A stretch of DNA of 58,930 nt from positions 1 to 58,930 of IMG/VR virus record IMGVR_UViG_3300049488_000015; one strand, 5' to 3'. Under the pieces are notes generated by a model that was given only the letters and a program-made list of their open reading frames with translations, made no database searches and had not been told where the DNA came from. Made by a program: the position numbers and the translations under genes. The stretch comes from a virus (Duplodnaviria; Caudoviricetes). Shown piece after piece: positions 18,656 to 27,634 of the stretch (the stretch's first letter is position 1; every line of letters starts with the position of its first letter).

Positions 18656-19363
18656 ATGAATCAACAAGCAATAGAAAAAGCCGTTTCATCTGCAGACGGT
18701 TTCTTGGAAGTACATAGTATCTTCCATACAATCCAAGGCGAAGGCCCTTTTTGCGGAACTCCTGCAATCTTTATACGCCTCGCTGGATGCAATCTTCAAT
18801 GCCCAAGCTGCGATACAGACTACACTTCCAAACGGGAGCGTATACCTGCAAATATCATACTCCAACGTTGTGTTAATTTTTCAACAAAGGGTTTGATTGT
18901 TATCACAGGCGGGGAACCGTTTCGGCAGTCTATTGGACATTTGATCGCGCTCCTCACAGGGTTCGGCTATTATGTCCAAGTTGAGTCGAACGGAACTCTC
19001 CCGCCACCTCCTCAGATTGTGTGGTCAAAAAAGCCGCAAGATCGCAAAGGTGCTTATATTGTTTGCAGCCCCAAGGCAGGTCGGATCAATACCCTATTGG
19101 AACGAGAAGCCTGTGCCTTCAAATATGTCATCAGCAATGATGAACAGAACGAAAGCGATGGTCTGCCTACAAAAGTTTTAGGTCATAGTGCTCACCCTCA
19201 AGTGGCACGAGCCGTCTTCCGCGGTAGGCCTGTATATTTGCAACCAGCAGACGCACACAACGAAGAAGCAAATTGGTTGAACAATCAAGCTGCGGTTTCG
19301 TCGTGTATGAAACATGGTTATATTCTGCAATTGCAAATCCACAAATATCTCGATCTGGAGTAA
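18656..19363 (+). CDS. queE: 7-carboxy-7-deazaguanine synthase (radical SAM)
   Basis: IFHTIQGEG, RLAGCNLQCPSCDT, ITGGEP, ESNG, SPK, QIHK. Confidence 0.95.
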   Translation: MNQQAIEKAVSSADGFLEVHSIFHTIQGEGPFCGTPAIFIRLAGCNLQCPSCDTDYTSKRERIPANIILQRCVNFSTKGLIVITGGEPFRQSIGHLIALLTGFGYYVQVESNGTLPPPPQIVWSKKPQDRKGAYIVCSPKAGRINTLLEREACAFKYVISNDEQNESDGLPTKVLGHSAHPQVARAVFRGRPVYLQPADAHNEEANWLNNQAAVSSCMKHGYILQLQIHKYLDLE

Positions 19364-19366
19364 CCC

Positions 19367-20155
19367 ATGAAAAAAGCCCTTGTTGTCCTCTCCGGCGGAC
19401 AAGACTCCACGACTTGCCTTTTTTGGGCAAAGCGTTATTTTGACGAAGTTCATGCAATCACATTCAACTACGGTCAGCGTCATATGATTGAAATCGATTC
19501 TGCAAAAAAGGTTGCAGAGATGGCCGGAGTTGTGAGCCATGAAATCATTGATGTTCCGAACTGTCTTATCTCAATGTCGCCTTTGACAAGCAACAACGAT
19601 CTGGAAAAGTATGAAAATGCTCAACAGATGGAAGAAATCATCGGGAACCGTCGTGAGCTGACCTTTGTTCCGATGCGGAACGCACTGTTCCTGACAATTG
19701 CTGCCAACCGAGCAGAAGCTCTTGGCATCCCCAATATCGTGACGGGTGTTTGCCAAATGGACAATGCCAATTACGATGATTGTCGTGCAACATTTATCGA
19801 TGCTACGACCGAGTATATCAACTATGCGCTCGGTCACGATCACCGTGGAACCGAACCCATTCGCATTCATACGCCTTTGATGACTCTGAGCAAAGCTCGC
19901 AGCGTCAATATGGCATTTGGAATGCCTGACTGTTGGGAAGCTCTTGCATACAGCCACACAAGCTATGACGGCAAATATCCCCCGACGGATATGAACCATG
20001 CAAACGTTCTTCGTGCTCAAGGCTTCGAAGAAGCAGGTCTTCCGGATCCTCTTGTTGTCCGTGCTTTCCATGAAGGTCTTATGGAACTTCCGAAGACCGC
20101 CAACTACTTGCATATCACAAAAGACAAGAAGGTGGTTCCCTATGCACACGGCTGA
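19367..20155 (+). CDS. queC: 7-cyano-7-deazaguanine synthase (atypical, lacks Zn cysteines)
   Basis: LSGGQDSTT, FNYGQRH, TFVPMRN, YDDCR, TPLM.LSK. Confidence 0.92.
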   Translation: MKKALVVLSGGQDSTTCLFWAKRYFDEVHAITFNYGQRHMIEIDSAKKVAEMAGVVSHEIIDVPNCLISMSPLTSNNDLEKYENAQQMEEIIGNRRELTFVPMRNALFLTIAANRAEALGIPNIVTGVCQMDNANYDDCRATFIDATTEYINYALGHDHRGTEPIRIHTPLMTLSKARSVNMAFGMPDCWEALAYSHTSYDGKYPPTDMNHANVLRAQGFEEAGLPDPLVVRAFHEGLMELPKTANYLHITKDKKVVPYAHG

Positions 20156-20618
20156 ACGTTATCACGACATTTCATGTGGTCATCGAGTTGTTGGCCACGA
20201 GAACAAATGCAGGCACTTGCATGGTCATAACTATCGTGTTCATTTTGTGTGTGCTGCACAAAAGCAATGTGAATCGCTTGACCACATTGGTCGCGTTATC
20301 GACTTCACAGCAATCAAGGAAAAGCTGTGCATGTGGATTGAAGACAATTGGGACCACAAATTTCTTGCCTGGGAACAAGATCACGTGATGCAGTTTGCAA
20401 GTAAGTCTATGCAAGAAATGTCAAATGGGGATATAACACAATCTGTTATTTTTGATAGTTCTATTGTTTGGACACCTTTCAATCCAACTGCTGAAAACAT
20501 GGCAAAGTATCTTGTTGAAGTTATTGCGCCCATGCAGCTTGAAGGAACCGGCGTTGAATTGATCAGCTGCAAGATTGAAGAAACCATGAAGTGCTCTGCA
20601 ACCTATCACAAGGAATAA
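20142..20618 (+). CDS. queD: 6-carboxy-5,6,7,8-tetrahydropterin synthase
   Basis: GHR...KCRHLHGHNY, WDHKFL, NPTAENMA, EET; start set at ATG 20142 after AAGGTGG. Confidence 0.93.
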   Translation: MHTAERYHDISCGHRVVGHENKCRHLHGHNYRVHFVCAAQKQCESLDHIGRVIDFTAIKEKLCMWIEDNWDHKFLAWEQDHVMQFASKSMQEMSNGDITQSVIFDSSIVWTPFNPTAENMAKYLVEVIAPMQLEGTGVELISCKIEETMKCSATYHKE

Positions 20619-20620
20619 AA

Positions 20621-21526
20621 ATGTCCAAGACAATTCTCAACCATGGAAACATCGGGGATTTGGCACATACCGTTCGCGAAGCAATTATTGCATCTGGTTT
20701 GATGTTTGCACGATGCTATCCAATCCCTCGTGGCGGTGTGGCTGCGGCATATGCGGTTTATAACTCATCCTGTCCGTTTGCTATTGTCAATACACCGGAA
20801 GAAGCAGACTTCTTTATTGACGACATCATTGATTCCGGTGAAACGATGCGTCGTTACTGCGACGAATACCCAGGCAAGATGTTCTTTGCTCTTATTGACA
20901 AGCTCAATGGCGAATACGCCAACGAATGGGTCGTGTTTCCTTGGGAAGTTACTTCCGAAGGTACTGACGAATCTGCAACAGATATTGTCACCCGTCTGTT
21001 GCAATTTGTCGGCGAAGATGCAACTCGTGGCGGTCTTCTGGAAACTCCGCACCGTGTTCTGAAAGCCTGGAAGCATTGGTGTGGCGGTTACGATCTTGAC
21101 GCAAAGTCTGTCCTCAAAACATTCGAGGACGGTGCGGAGAACTGCGATGAAATGGTCGTTCGTGTTGTTCCTTTCTACTCTCATTGCGAACATCATATGG
21201 CCGCTATTATTGGCCATGCTGTTGTGGCTTATGTTCCAAATTCGAAGATTGTAGGATTGTCCAACATTGACCGTGTTGTTGATATGTTTGCCCGGCGTCT
21301 GCAAGTTCAAGAACGTCTGACAAACCAAATCGCAGAAGCGATCATGGAAAACCTTGAGCCCAAGGGCGTCGGGGTCTGGGTGAATGCTCGTCACCTTTGC
21401 ATTGAATCTCGCGGTGTCCGCAACCAGAATTCGGTTACAGATACATTAGCACTTCGTGGTGTATTCAAGGAAGATGCCCGTACTCGTGCAGAGTTCATTG
21501 CAGTGGCTCGGACTAAAGTGCAGTAA
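20621..21526 (+). CDS. folE: phosphoribosyltransferase-like domain fused to GTP cyclohydrolase I
   Basis: N-terminal PIPRGG, FFIDDIIDSGET, WVVFPWE; C-terminal GLLETPHRV, SHCEHH, RRLQVQERLT, HLCIESRG. Confidence 0.92.
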   Translation: MSKTILNHGNIGDLAHTVREAIIASGLMFARCYPIPRGGVAAAYAVYNSSCPFAIVNTPEEADFFIDDIIDSGETMRRYCDEYPGKMFFALIDKLNGEYANEWVVFPWEVTSEGTDESATDIVTRLLQFVGEDATRGGLLETPHRVLKAWKHWCGGYDLDAKSVLKTFEDGAENCDEMVVRVVPFYSHCEHHMAAIIGHAVVAYVPNSKIVGLSNIDRVVDMFARRLQVQERLTNQIAEAIMENLEPKGVGVWVNARHLCIESRGVRNQNSVTDTLALRGVFKEDARTRAEFIAVARTKVQ

Positions 21527-21552
21527 TCTTTTACTGTGTTGCTTTGGTAGGG

Positions 21553-21580
21553 ATGGGGAGTTCGCTCCCCATTTTATTTT
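21553..21580 (+). terminator. Rho-independent terminator
   Basis: ATGGGGAG-TTCG-CTCCCCAT followed by TTTATTTT. Confidence 0.9.
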
Positions 21581-21643
21581 ATGCGTATGCCTAACGTGGC
21601 AAGTAGTAAAATGCAGCTATTAACCTATAAGGAAACATAGCAA

Positions 21644-22135
21644 ATGACCCCCGCACAATTAGCAAAAACAGGCAGCGAATCTGCACATCAAATTGCACTG
21701 TTTGCATGGGCTTCTGTTGCCTACAATCATGGGTTTGAACTTGCCCAGTTATGGTTGGATGGAGGCAATGTTGCTGTAGATACATTGTCGGAACCTGCTG
21801 TACCGGAACTCAAATGGATTCACCACATTCCAAACGGTGGAAGTCGTGGTAACGATGTTCGCTCGCAGCAAATTCGCGGAGCTAAACTTAAAGCTGAAGG
21901 CGTTCGTTCCGGAGTGAGCGATATCTGTTTGCCTGTTCGCCGTGCAGGTTGCAGCGGACTCTATATTGAAATGAAACGTCCTTCGGAAAAGCCTAAGCGT
22001 GAAGGTTCCCGCGGAGGTATATCGGATGAACAGCGCGACTTTGGCGCATTTATTCAATCACAAGGTTTCGGATTTGTTGTGTGTTATAGTTGGGAAGAAG
22101 CACGTGACATTATTATTGCCTACCTGAAATCATGA
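21644..22135 (+). CDS. VRR-NUC domain nuclease (putative resolvase)
   Basis: ESAHQ, HIPNGG, LKAEGVRSGVSD, LYIEMK, SDEQ. Confidence 0.88.
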   Translation: MTPAQLAKTGSESAHQIALFAWASVAYNHGFELAQLWLDGGNVAVDTLSEPAVPELKWIHHIPNGGSRGNDVRSQQIRGAKLKAEGVRSGVSDICLPVRRAGCSGLYIEMKRPSEKPKREGSRGGISDEQRDFGAFIQSQGFGFVVCYSWEEARDIIIAYLKS

Positions 22136-22386
22136 AACGAATTCTTATCTCTGCTTATTGTAAGATACACGCGGATTACTATGCTAGGGAAGTTCTTAAA
22201 ATCTCTAGCAGCCAATGGTATTTCATTAATGACGCTTATAGAATACGCGGTCAGCGAGGTAGGGGGTTGATTTTTGTAAATGCCCCAAGGCATAGACCAT
22301 CGCTTGTTGAGATGGAAAAACGTGACTATCTTTTTGAAACTTGCCTTGCTTGGGGAATTGATATTAAACGAGTTGAACTTTCATGA
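22132..22386 (+). CDS. hypothetical protein
   Basis: ATGA overlaps on both sides. Confidence 0.65.
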   Translation: MKRILISAYCKIHADYYAREVLKISSSQWYFINDAYRIRGQRGRGLIFVNAPRHRPSLVEMEKRDYLFETCLAWGIDIKRVELS

Positions 22387-23303
22387 ACCTTTTTCTCGCT
22401 GCTGTATATACAAACGCCTACAAGCCTGGGCAGAACCGTTATCTAAAGCTTAACGAACACGAGCAAGCAATTGTTCAAGATTTGCCGCATATTCTGGAAT
22501 CGTACCACTATGTTGGAAGCCAGCGCATTGTAGATCAAATGCGAGCAGACGGTGCAAAGGTCTTCCTTGACTCCGGTGCGTTCTCTGCACATAGTCTTGG
22601 AGTTGCAATTTCAATTGAAGACTATTGCGAATACATTAAACGCAATATGGACATATTGAGGGTTGAAGATGGAGCAGTCATGGCATCTGTGCTGGACGGC
22701 ATTGGCGATCCCCTCCAAACATGGCGGAATCAGCTTGAAATGGAATTACGAGGTGCTAAACCGCTCCCATGCTTCCACTTTGGAGAAGACACCCGTTATC
22801 TTGACTGGTACATTGAAAGATATGACTACATCACGATAGGCGGTATGGTTGGAAAATCTACCGATACATTAATAACCTGGCTTGACCGTATTTGGGAAAA
22901 GCATCTTATTGACGGTTCTGGAAATGCAAAAATTAAAGCCCATGCGTTCGGCATTACTTCTGTTTCTATTATGGAGCGTTATCCTTGGTATAGCTGTGAC
23001 TCTTCATCCTGGATTCAGTCTGCTGCTTTCGGTTCTATAGTTTCCCCAGACTACGGCCCCTTATCCGTTTCGGACAAGTCTCCAAGTAGGCACGACTTTG
23101 GAAGGCATGTGACCACATTAACTCAGCCTGAGCAAGATTACGTCTTAGCTATGCTTGAGCGCCAGGGTTTTACTATGGAACGCCTCTCAACTGTTTATGA
23201 GTCAAGAGCTGCCTATAACTTGTGGTCATACGGTATAATTAATGCTATGGTGAATGCTGGTAAAGCAAAAGGGAAACATATCATGGCACAGGAGCTATTC
23301 TGA
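22383..23303 (+). CDS. dpdA: TGT-like DNA base-exchange enzyme (DpdA-type 7-deazaguanine insertase)
   Basis: FLDSGAFS, LDGIGD, PCFHFGE, IGG, HAFG, SCDSSSW TGT-fold motifs; sits between the que cluster and the polymerase. Confidence 0.8.
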   Translation: MNLFLAAVYTNAYKPGQNRYLKLNEHEQAIVQDLPHILESYHYVGSQRIVDQMRADGAKVFLDSGAFSAHSLGVAISIEDYCEYIKRNMDILRVEDGAVMASVLDGIGDPLQTWRNQLEMELRGAKPLPCFHFGEDTRYLDWYIERYDYITIGGMVGKSTDTLITWLDRIWEKHLIDGSGNAKIKAHAFGITSVSIMERYPWYSCDSSSWIQSAAFGSIVSPDYGPLSVSDKSPSRHDFGRHVTTLTQPEQDYVLAMLERQGFTMERLSTVYESRAAYNLWSYGIINAMVNAGKAKGKHIMAQELF

Positions 23304-23563
23304 TGAAACACATTGCAAATTGCACACCAAGAAAGCCGATGCCTAAGGAAGCTGACCTTGAGGAATTGGATGTTGTATATTATCATCATGGTTCAAAGGC
23401 TAAAGAAGGCGAACCTCCTTTGATTAAAGAAGGCGATAAGCAAGTCTGGAAATGTCCAAACTGCGGGCATGAATTTGTTATAACTCGTACTGGAAAGATT
23501 TCTAAAGCTGCTTCTATTCGTAAAGCTAAAGAAATGCGCGAAAAGGGTTTCCGTCATGCTTAA
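23303..23563 (+). CDS. small protein with CPNC motif
   Basis: TGATG coupling; GGAG SD. Confidence 0.65.
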   Translation: MKHIANCTPRKPMPKEADLEELDVVYYHHGSKAKEGEPPLIKEGDKQVWKCPNCGHEFVITRTGKISKAASIRKAKEMREKGFRHA

Positions 23564-24509
23564 AGAGTTGAAGTTTGTACAAGGAGCAGTCAGCAAGAAG
23601 GATTTCATTCCTGCACTTACCCATTTCCGCATTGAGAACCGTACTGTCCGAAGTTATAACGGAATGCTGGCGCTGTGCAGCCCTATTGCATTGGACATTG
23701 ACTGTTCCCCAAAAGCAGAGCCACTTGTCAAAGCTATCGGTCATTGTGATGAAACAGTAACGCTAACTCTTACGCCTACCGGGCGTTTGTCTGTAAAGTC
23801 TGGTTCGTTTAAAGCACTAATTGATTGTGTGCAAGATGAAGTTCCGCACGTCGTTCCGGAAGGCAAACGTATTGACTTTGACGGTCAGACTCTATTAACT
23901 GCATTGGAAACCATTTACCCTTTCATTGGAAACGATGCGTCGCGTCCTTGGTCTAATGGCATATTGCTGAAAAACCAATCTGCATTCGCAACTAATAATG
24001 TGACGCTTGTTGAGTATTGGGTAGGCGCAACATTCCCGACAGAGTGCAATATTCCCCGAGCTTGCATTAAAGAGATGCTTCGTATTGGAGAAGCTCCTTT
24101 GTATGCTCAATTGGATACAAATAGCATTACGTTCCATTATGGCCCAGATAGTTGGATCCGTACTCAGCTGTTCAGTACGGAATGGCCTGACCTTGCTAAA
24201 GTGTTGGAAACACCGGCACAGCATAAGGCACTGGACGAATCTATTTTTGAAGGTTTAGAAAAGCTCAAGTCCTTTGTTGATAAACAAGGGCATATTTTCT
24301 TTAAGCCTGGACAGATTTGCACTTCCCGGGACGATGGTGAAGGTGCAGACTTCGACGTAACAGGCCACGAATATGAAGGCATTTACAATATTGAAATGCT
24401 GATGCTGCTCAAGAATGTGGTTAAAGGTATTGATTGGAGTATGTACCCGAAACCGTGCATGTTTTATGGTGATAGACTTCGTGGGGCAATTGTCGGGATG
24501 CGCGGATAA
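23556..24509 (+). CDS. DNA sliding clamp (Pol III beta-like)
   Basis: AVSKKDFIPALTHFRI and SRPWSNGIL..AFATN resemble beta-clamp domains; directly upstream of the polymerase. Confidence 0.75.
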   Translation: MLKELKFVQGAVSKKDFIPALTHFRIENRTVRSYNGMLALCSPIALDIDCSPKAEPLVKAIGHCDETVTLTLTPTGRLSVKSGSFKALIDCVQDEVPHVVPEGKRIDFDGQTLLTALETIYPFIGNDASRPWSNGILLKNQSAFATNNVTLVEYWVGATFPTECNIPRACIKEMLRIGEAPLYAQLDTNSITFHYGPDSWIRTQLFSTEWPDLAKVLETPAQHKALDESIFEGLEKLKSFVDKQGHIFFKPGQICTSRDDGEGADFDVTGHEYEGIYNIEMLMLLKNVVKGIDWSMYPKPCMFYGDRLRGAIVGMRG

Positions 24510-26623
24510 TGGCAAGAGCAGATATGGCAGGTTTGTTCTGGGACGACACCCCTCCACCGAAACCTCCAAAGAAAGAAAAAGAAAAACGGACACCTCCTGA
24601 ACGTACTTGGGATAGACCTGACTATCTTCCTAACTTGGAAGAAGCAAGGGCGTTTAACGTCCCTGTTATGAACGATGCGCAGCTTTTTGAAGCAATGCTT
24701 AATCAAGAGCGCCTTGTATTTGACATTGAGTGCTATTGGAATTATTACCTTGCTGCCTTTGCATCTTTGACAACAGGTAAAGTATGGTATGCAGAATTCC
24801 GTCGTGGCGAATATTTAGACAGACAAAGGCTTGCTTGGGTTATTGAAAACTTCTTGAGCGTTGGCTTCAATAGCCTTGGGTATGACTTGCCTATAACTGC
24901 TCTAGCTCTTGCAGGAAAAGATACGGATATCCTTAAAAGCGAGACAAACGAAATTATTCTTAACGAGGTACAAGGTTCTCAGATTTTAAAGAAGCATAAG
25001 GTTAAACGAATTAAGTCTAACCACATTGATATTATTGAAGTTGCACCTCTCCAAGCCAGCTTGAAGATTTACGGCGGTCGGCTACATACCCCTCGTATGC
25101 AGGATCTACCTTTCCATCCAGAAGTAGAACTTAGTGAAGATCAAATTACTTGCGTTCGTTGGTATTGTATCAACGACTTAATTAATACAGCGTCGCTCTA
25201 CAATGCACTGGACGAGCAGATTAAACTCCGCGAGCGCATGACGCAAGAATATAATGTTGATTTGCGTAGTAAGTCTGATGCACAGGTTGCAGAGTCTGTA
25301 ATTGCGTCCGAAATAACATCGCTTAATAACGGAGTTCGCCCACAAAAGCCTTTGATTGAAATTGGTACTTGGTATCGCTATCATACCCCGTATTTTATGC
25401 GGTTCTATAGCCCAACAATGCAGTATGTGATGAACGTAGTACAAAACGCTCTTTTCATCGTTGGTGAAAATGGAGCAGTTGGGATGCCTAAAGAAATTGC
25501 AGATCTAGAAGTAAAGATTGGGGAAGGTGTATATCGCTTTGGTATTGGAGGTCTGCACAGCTCTGAAAAGAGTAAAGCACACTTTGCTGACGATGACCAC
25601 ATTCTAGTTGATCGCGACGTTACATCCTACTATCCGTTTATTATTCTGCTGCTAGGTCTGTTTCCAACACACCTTGGGCAAAACTTTCTACGAGTCTATA
25701 AAACAATCGTGGATCGCCGTTTGTCTGCTAAGTCTAAAGCAAAGCAGATTAAAGCATTAATTGACTCCACAATCAACAAGGTTGAAGACCCTATACTTAA
25801 AGCAGAGCTTAAAGAAGTTTCTACAGCCCAGGACTCTTTGAAGATTACAATTAACGGTTCGTTCGGTAAGCTAGGCAGCAAGTATTCTATCTTATATGCC
25901 CCGGACTTGCTAATTCAGGTAACAATTACAGGACAGCTATCTTTGCTAATGCTTATTGAACGCTTTGAACTTAGCGGGATCCCAATTGTATCTGCAAATA
26001 CAGACGGAATTGTTATTAAGTGTCCGAAGCATCTTATTCCAGTTATGGATTCCATCGTAAAGCAATGGGAAGAAGAGACAGGCTTTGAAACCGAAGATAC
26101 ACAATACCTCGCTCTACTTAGCCGCGATGTGAATAACTACATTGCCGTCAAGCGTAAGTTCGATAGCAAAACAAAGACATACACAAACGAACCTGCTGGC
26201 TGCAAGACAAAGGGCATTTTTGTCGTTCCTGATAAGGGTAAGTTCAACCTACAAAAGAACCCGCAAAATGTTATCTGTGCCCGTGCAATTACAGAGTTCT
26301 TGACAAAAGGTACGCCTATTGAAAAGACAATCCATGAATGCAAGGATATTACAGATTTCGTCAATGTTCGGGCTGTAAAAGGTGGAGCAGTAAAGGTTTA
26401 TGACGACGGTCGGGAAAACGAATATTTGGGTAAAGCTGTCCGCTGGTATTATGCAACAGGAATGACGGGCGAAATTGTATATGCTAAGTCAGGCAATAAG
26501 GTATCAAGAACGGAAGGTGCAAAGCCTTGTATGGACTTGCCTAAAGAATTTCCAGACGATATTGATTACGATTGGTATATTGCAGAAACCATCAAAATGT
26601 TTGGGGACATCGGATATAGCTAA
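24509..26623 (+). CDS. family B DNA polymerase with 3'-5' exonuclease
   Basis: FDIE, GFNSLGYD, YCIND exonuclease motifs; DVTSYYP, KITINGSFGK, NTDG, KTKG. Confidence 0.93.
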   Translation: MARADMAGLFWDDTPPPKPPKKEKEKRTPPERTWDRPDYLPNLEEARAFNVPVMNDAQLFEAMLNQERLVFDIECYWNYYLAAFASLTTGKVWYAEFRRGEYLDRQRLAWVIENFLSVGFNSLGYDLPITALALAGKDTDILKSETNEIILNEVQGSQILKKHKVKRIKSNHIDIIEVAPLQASLKIYGGRLHTPRMQDLPFHPEVELSEDQITCVRWYCINDLINTASLYNALDEQIKLRERMTQEYNVDLRSKSDAQVAESVIASEITSLNNGVRPQKPLIEIGTWYRYHTPYFMRFYSPTMQYVMNVVQNALFIVGENGAVGMPKEIADLEVKIGEGVYRFGIGGLHSSEKSKAHFADDDHILVDRDVTSYYPFIILLLGLFPTHLGQNFLRVYKTIVDRRLSAKSKAKQIKALIDSTINKVEDPILKAELKEVSTAQDSLKITINGSFGKLGSKYSILYAPDLLIQVTITGQLSLLMLIERFELSGIPIVSANTDGIVIKCPKHLIPVMDSIVKQWEEETGFETEDTQYLALLSRDVNNYIAVKRKFDSKTKTYTNEPAGCKTKGIFVVPDKGKFNLQKNPQNVICARAITEFLTKGTPIEKTIHECKDITDFVNVRAVKGGAVKVYDDGRENEYLGKAVRWYYATGMTGEIVYAKSGNKVSRTEGAKPCMDLPKEFPDDIDYDWYIAETIKMFGDIGYS

Positions 26624-26734
26624 TCCCCTACACGAAATGAACGAACCCTTACATTTGAATGTGTGTTAGCGTACATACAGATATAAAGTTCTTTACTATA
26701 CTTTAAGCTCCTACCAACCCGACAGGAGCTTAAA

Positions 26735-27055
26735 ATGAACACAATTCTTAATGTATCTGAATACCAGTTCGAAGAAGGTATATTTGCTCGTTTAGAAGCA
26801 TCGCTCCGAAACCTTCTTCACCAAGCAATCCACGGCGAAATTGAAAATGTGTCCAAGCGTCATATTTCTAACGGAGTATGGGAACCGCTGCCTGGAAGCT
26901 TGTCCTATAAAATGTGGTTAGCATTTGAACAAGCGAAGTTGAATCCCAACCTTGTTGAATTCAAGAAAATTACAATCTTATCTCTTGAAAAGGATTGGGT
27001 TTATAGAACTACATTTCGCGAGTTTGAACGTTGGAGGCTTTTTAAGATTCGCTAA
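26735..27055 (+). CDS. hypothetical protein, possible paralog of the 17249/18040 domain
   Basis: AGGAG SD; PLPGSLSYKMW...TTFREFERWRLF. Confidence 0.7.
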   Translation: MNTILNVSEYQFEEGIFARLEASLRNLLHQAIHGEIENVSKRHISNGVWEPLPGSLSYKMWLAFEQAKLNPNLVEFKKITILSLEKDWVYRTTFREFERWRLFKIR

Positions 27056-27107
27056 TCTTTAACAGCTTACAACAGGGAGCCAGTATAAGGCTTCAGCTTA
27101 CCAAAAC

Positions 27108-27151
27108 AAACCCCGGCAACACAGCGCCAAATCGTGTGCCGGGGTATTTTA
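27108..27151. terminator. probable bidirectional terminator between converging arms
   Basis: CCCCGGCA...TGCCGGGG stem flanked by A-rich and T-rich tracts. Confidence 0.7.
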
Positions 27152-27634
27152 TTAGGCTGCTGTACCTGTAGCATCTACCCAACCGGATCCCGAATACCAA
27201 TTAGGTTTTCCAGTTGTCGTGTTGAAGTACATTGCACCAGTTAAAATATTAGCACTCGGTCGATTTGCAGTAGTTCCGTAACCTTGTATGTACTTGAAAG
27301 ACGTACCATCGTGCAACCATTCCGAATTGGTATCCTCGACATAAATCATCCAACCCTTCTTACCTGTGTAAAACTCCCAGGCGACAGCTACAGAAGAATA
27401 GCGAGCAATTTTTCCAGTATTTGTGCTCCATGGCGTACCTGTGGCACCAGTAGGGACAATATAAGTGTCACCGTCCGCTGGCGATCCAGGCTGTGCTGCA
27501 ACAGTAGCACTTTTGGCATGAGTCTGGACAAGTGCATCCAATCCTCGCCACATTGCCATAAGATTTGTATAATGGACTTCTCCCTGAAGACCATTCACAA
27601 GAAGACCAAGATTAGGGCCAGATGTTAATGCCAT
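27152..27634 (-). CDS. DUF2793-like tail tip protein
   Basis: GLDALVQ..PGSPADGDTYIVPTGATG..W...IA...WEFY..KKGW. Confidence 0.75.
   Translation of the reverse strand: MALTSGPNLGLLVNGLQGEVHYTNLMAMWRGLDALVQTHAKSATVAAQPGSPADGDTYIVPTGATGTPWSTNTGKIARYSSVAVAWEFYTGKKGWMIYVEDTNSEWLHDGTSFKYIQGYGTTANRPSANILTGAMYFNTTTGKPNWYSGSGWVDATGTAA

Noticed and set aside
18656-23303. que genes as a tRNA queuosine pathway
   Set aside because: No QueF, QueA or QueG/H; the TGT-like protein lacks the canonical tRNA-TGT Zn motif and sits with the DNA polymerase, favouring DNA modification
24509-26623. Intein or intron in the polymerase or other replication genes
   Set aside because: ORFs are continuous and of normal size; no intein splice motifs seen; only a short helical insertion in the fingers region
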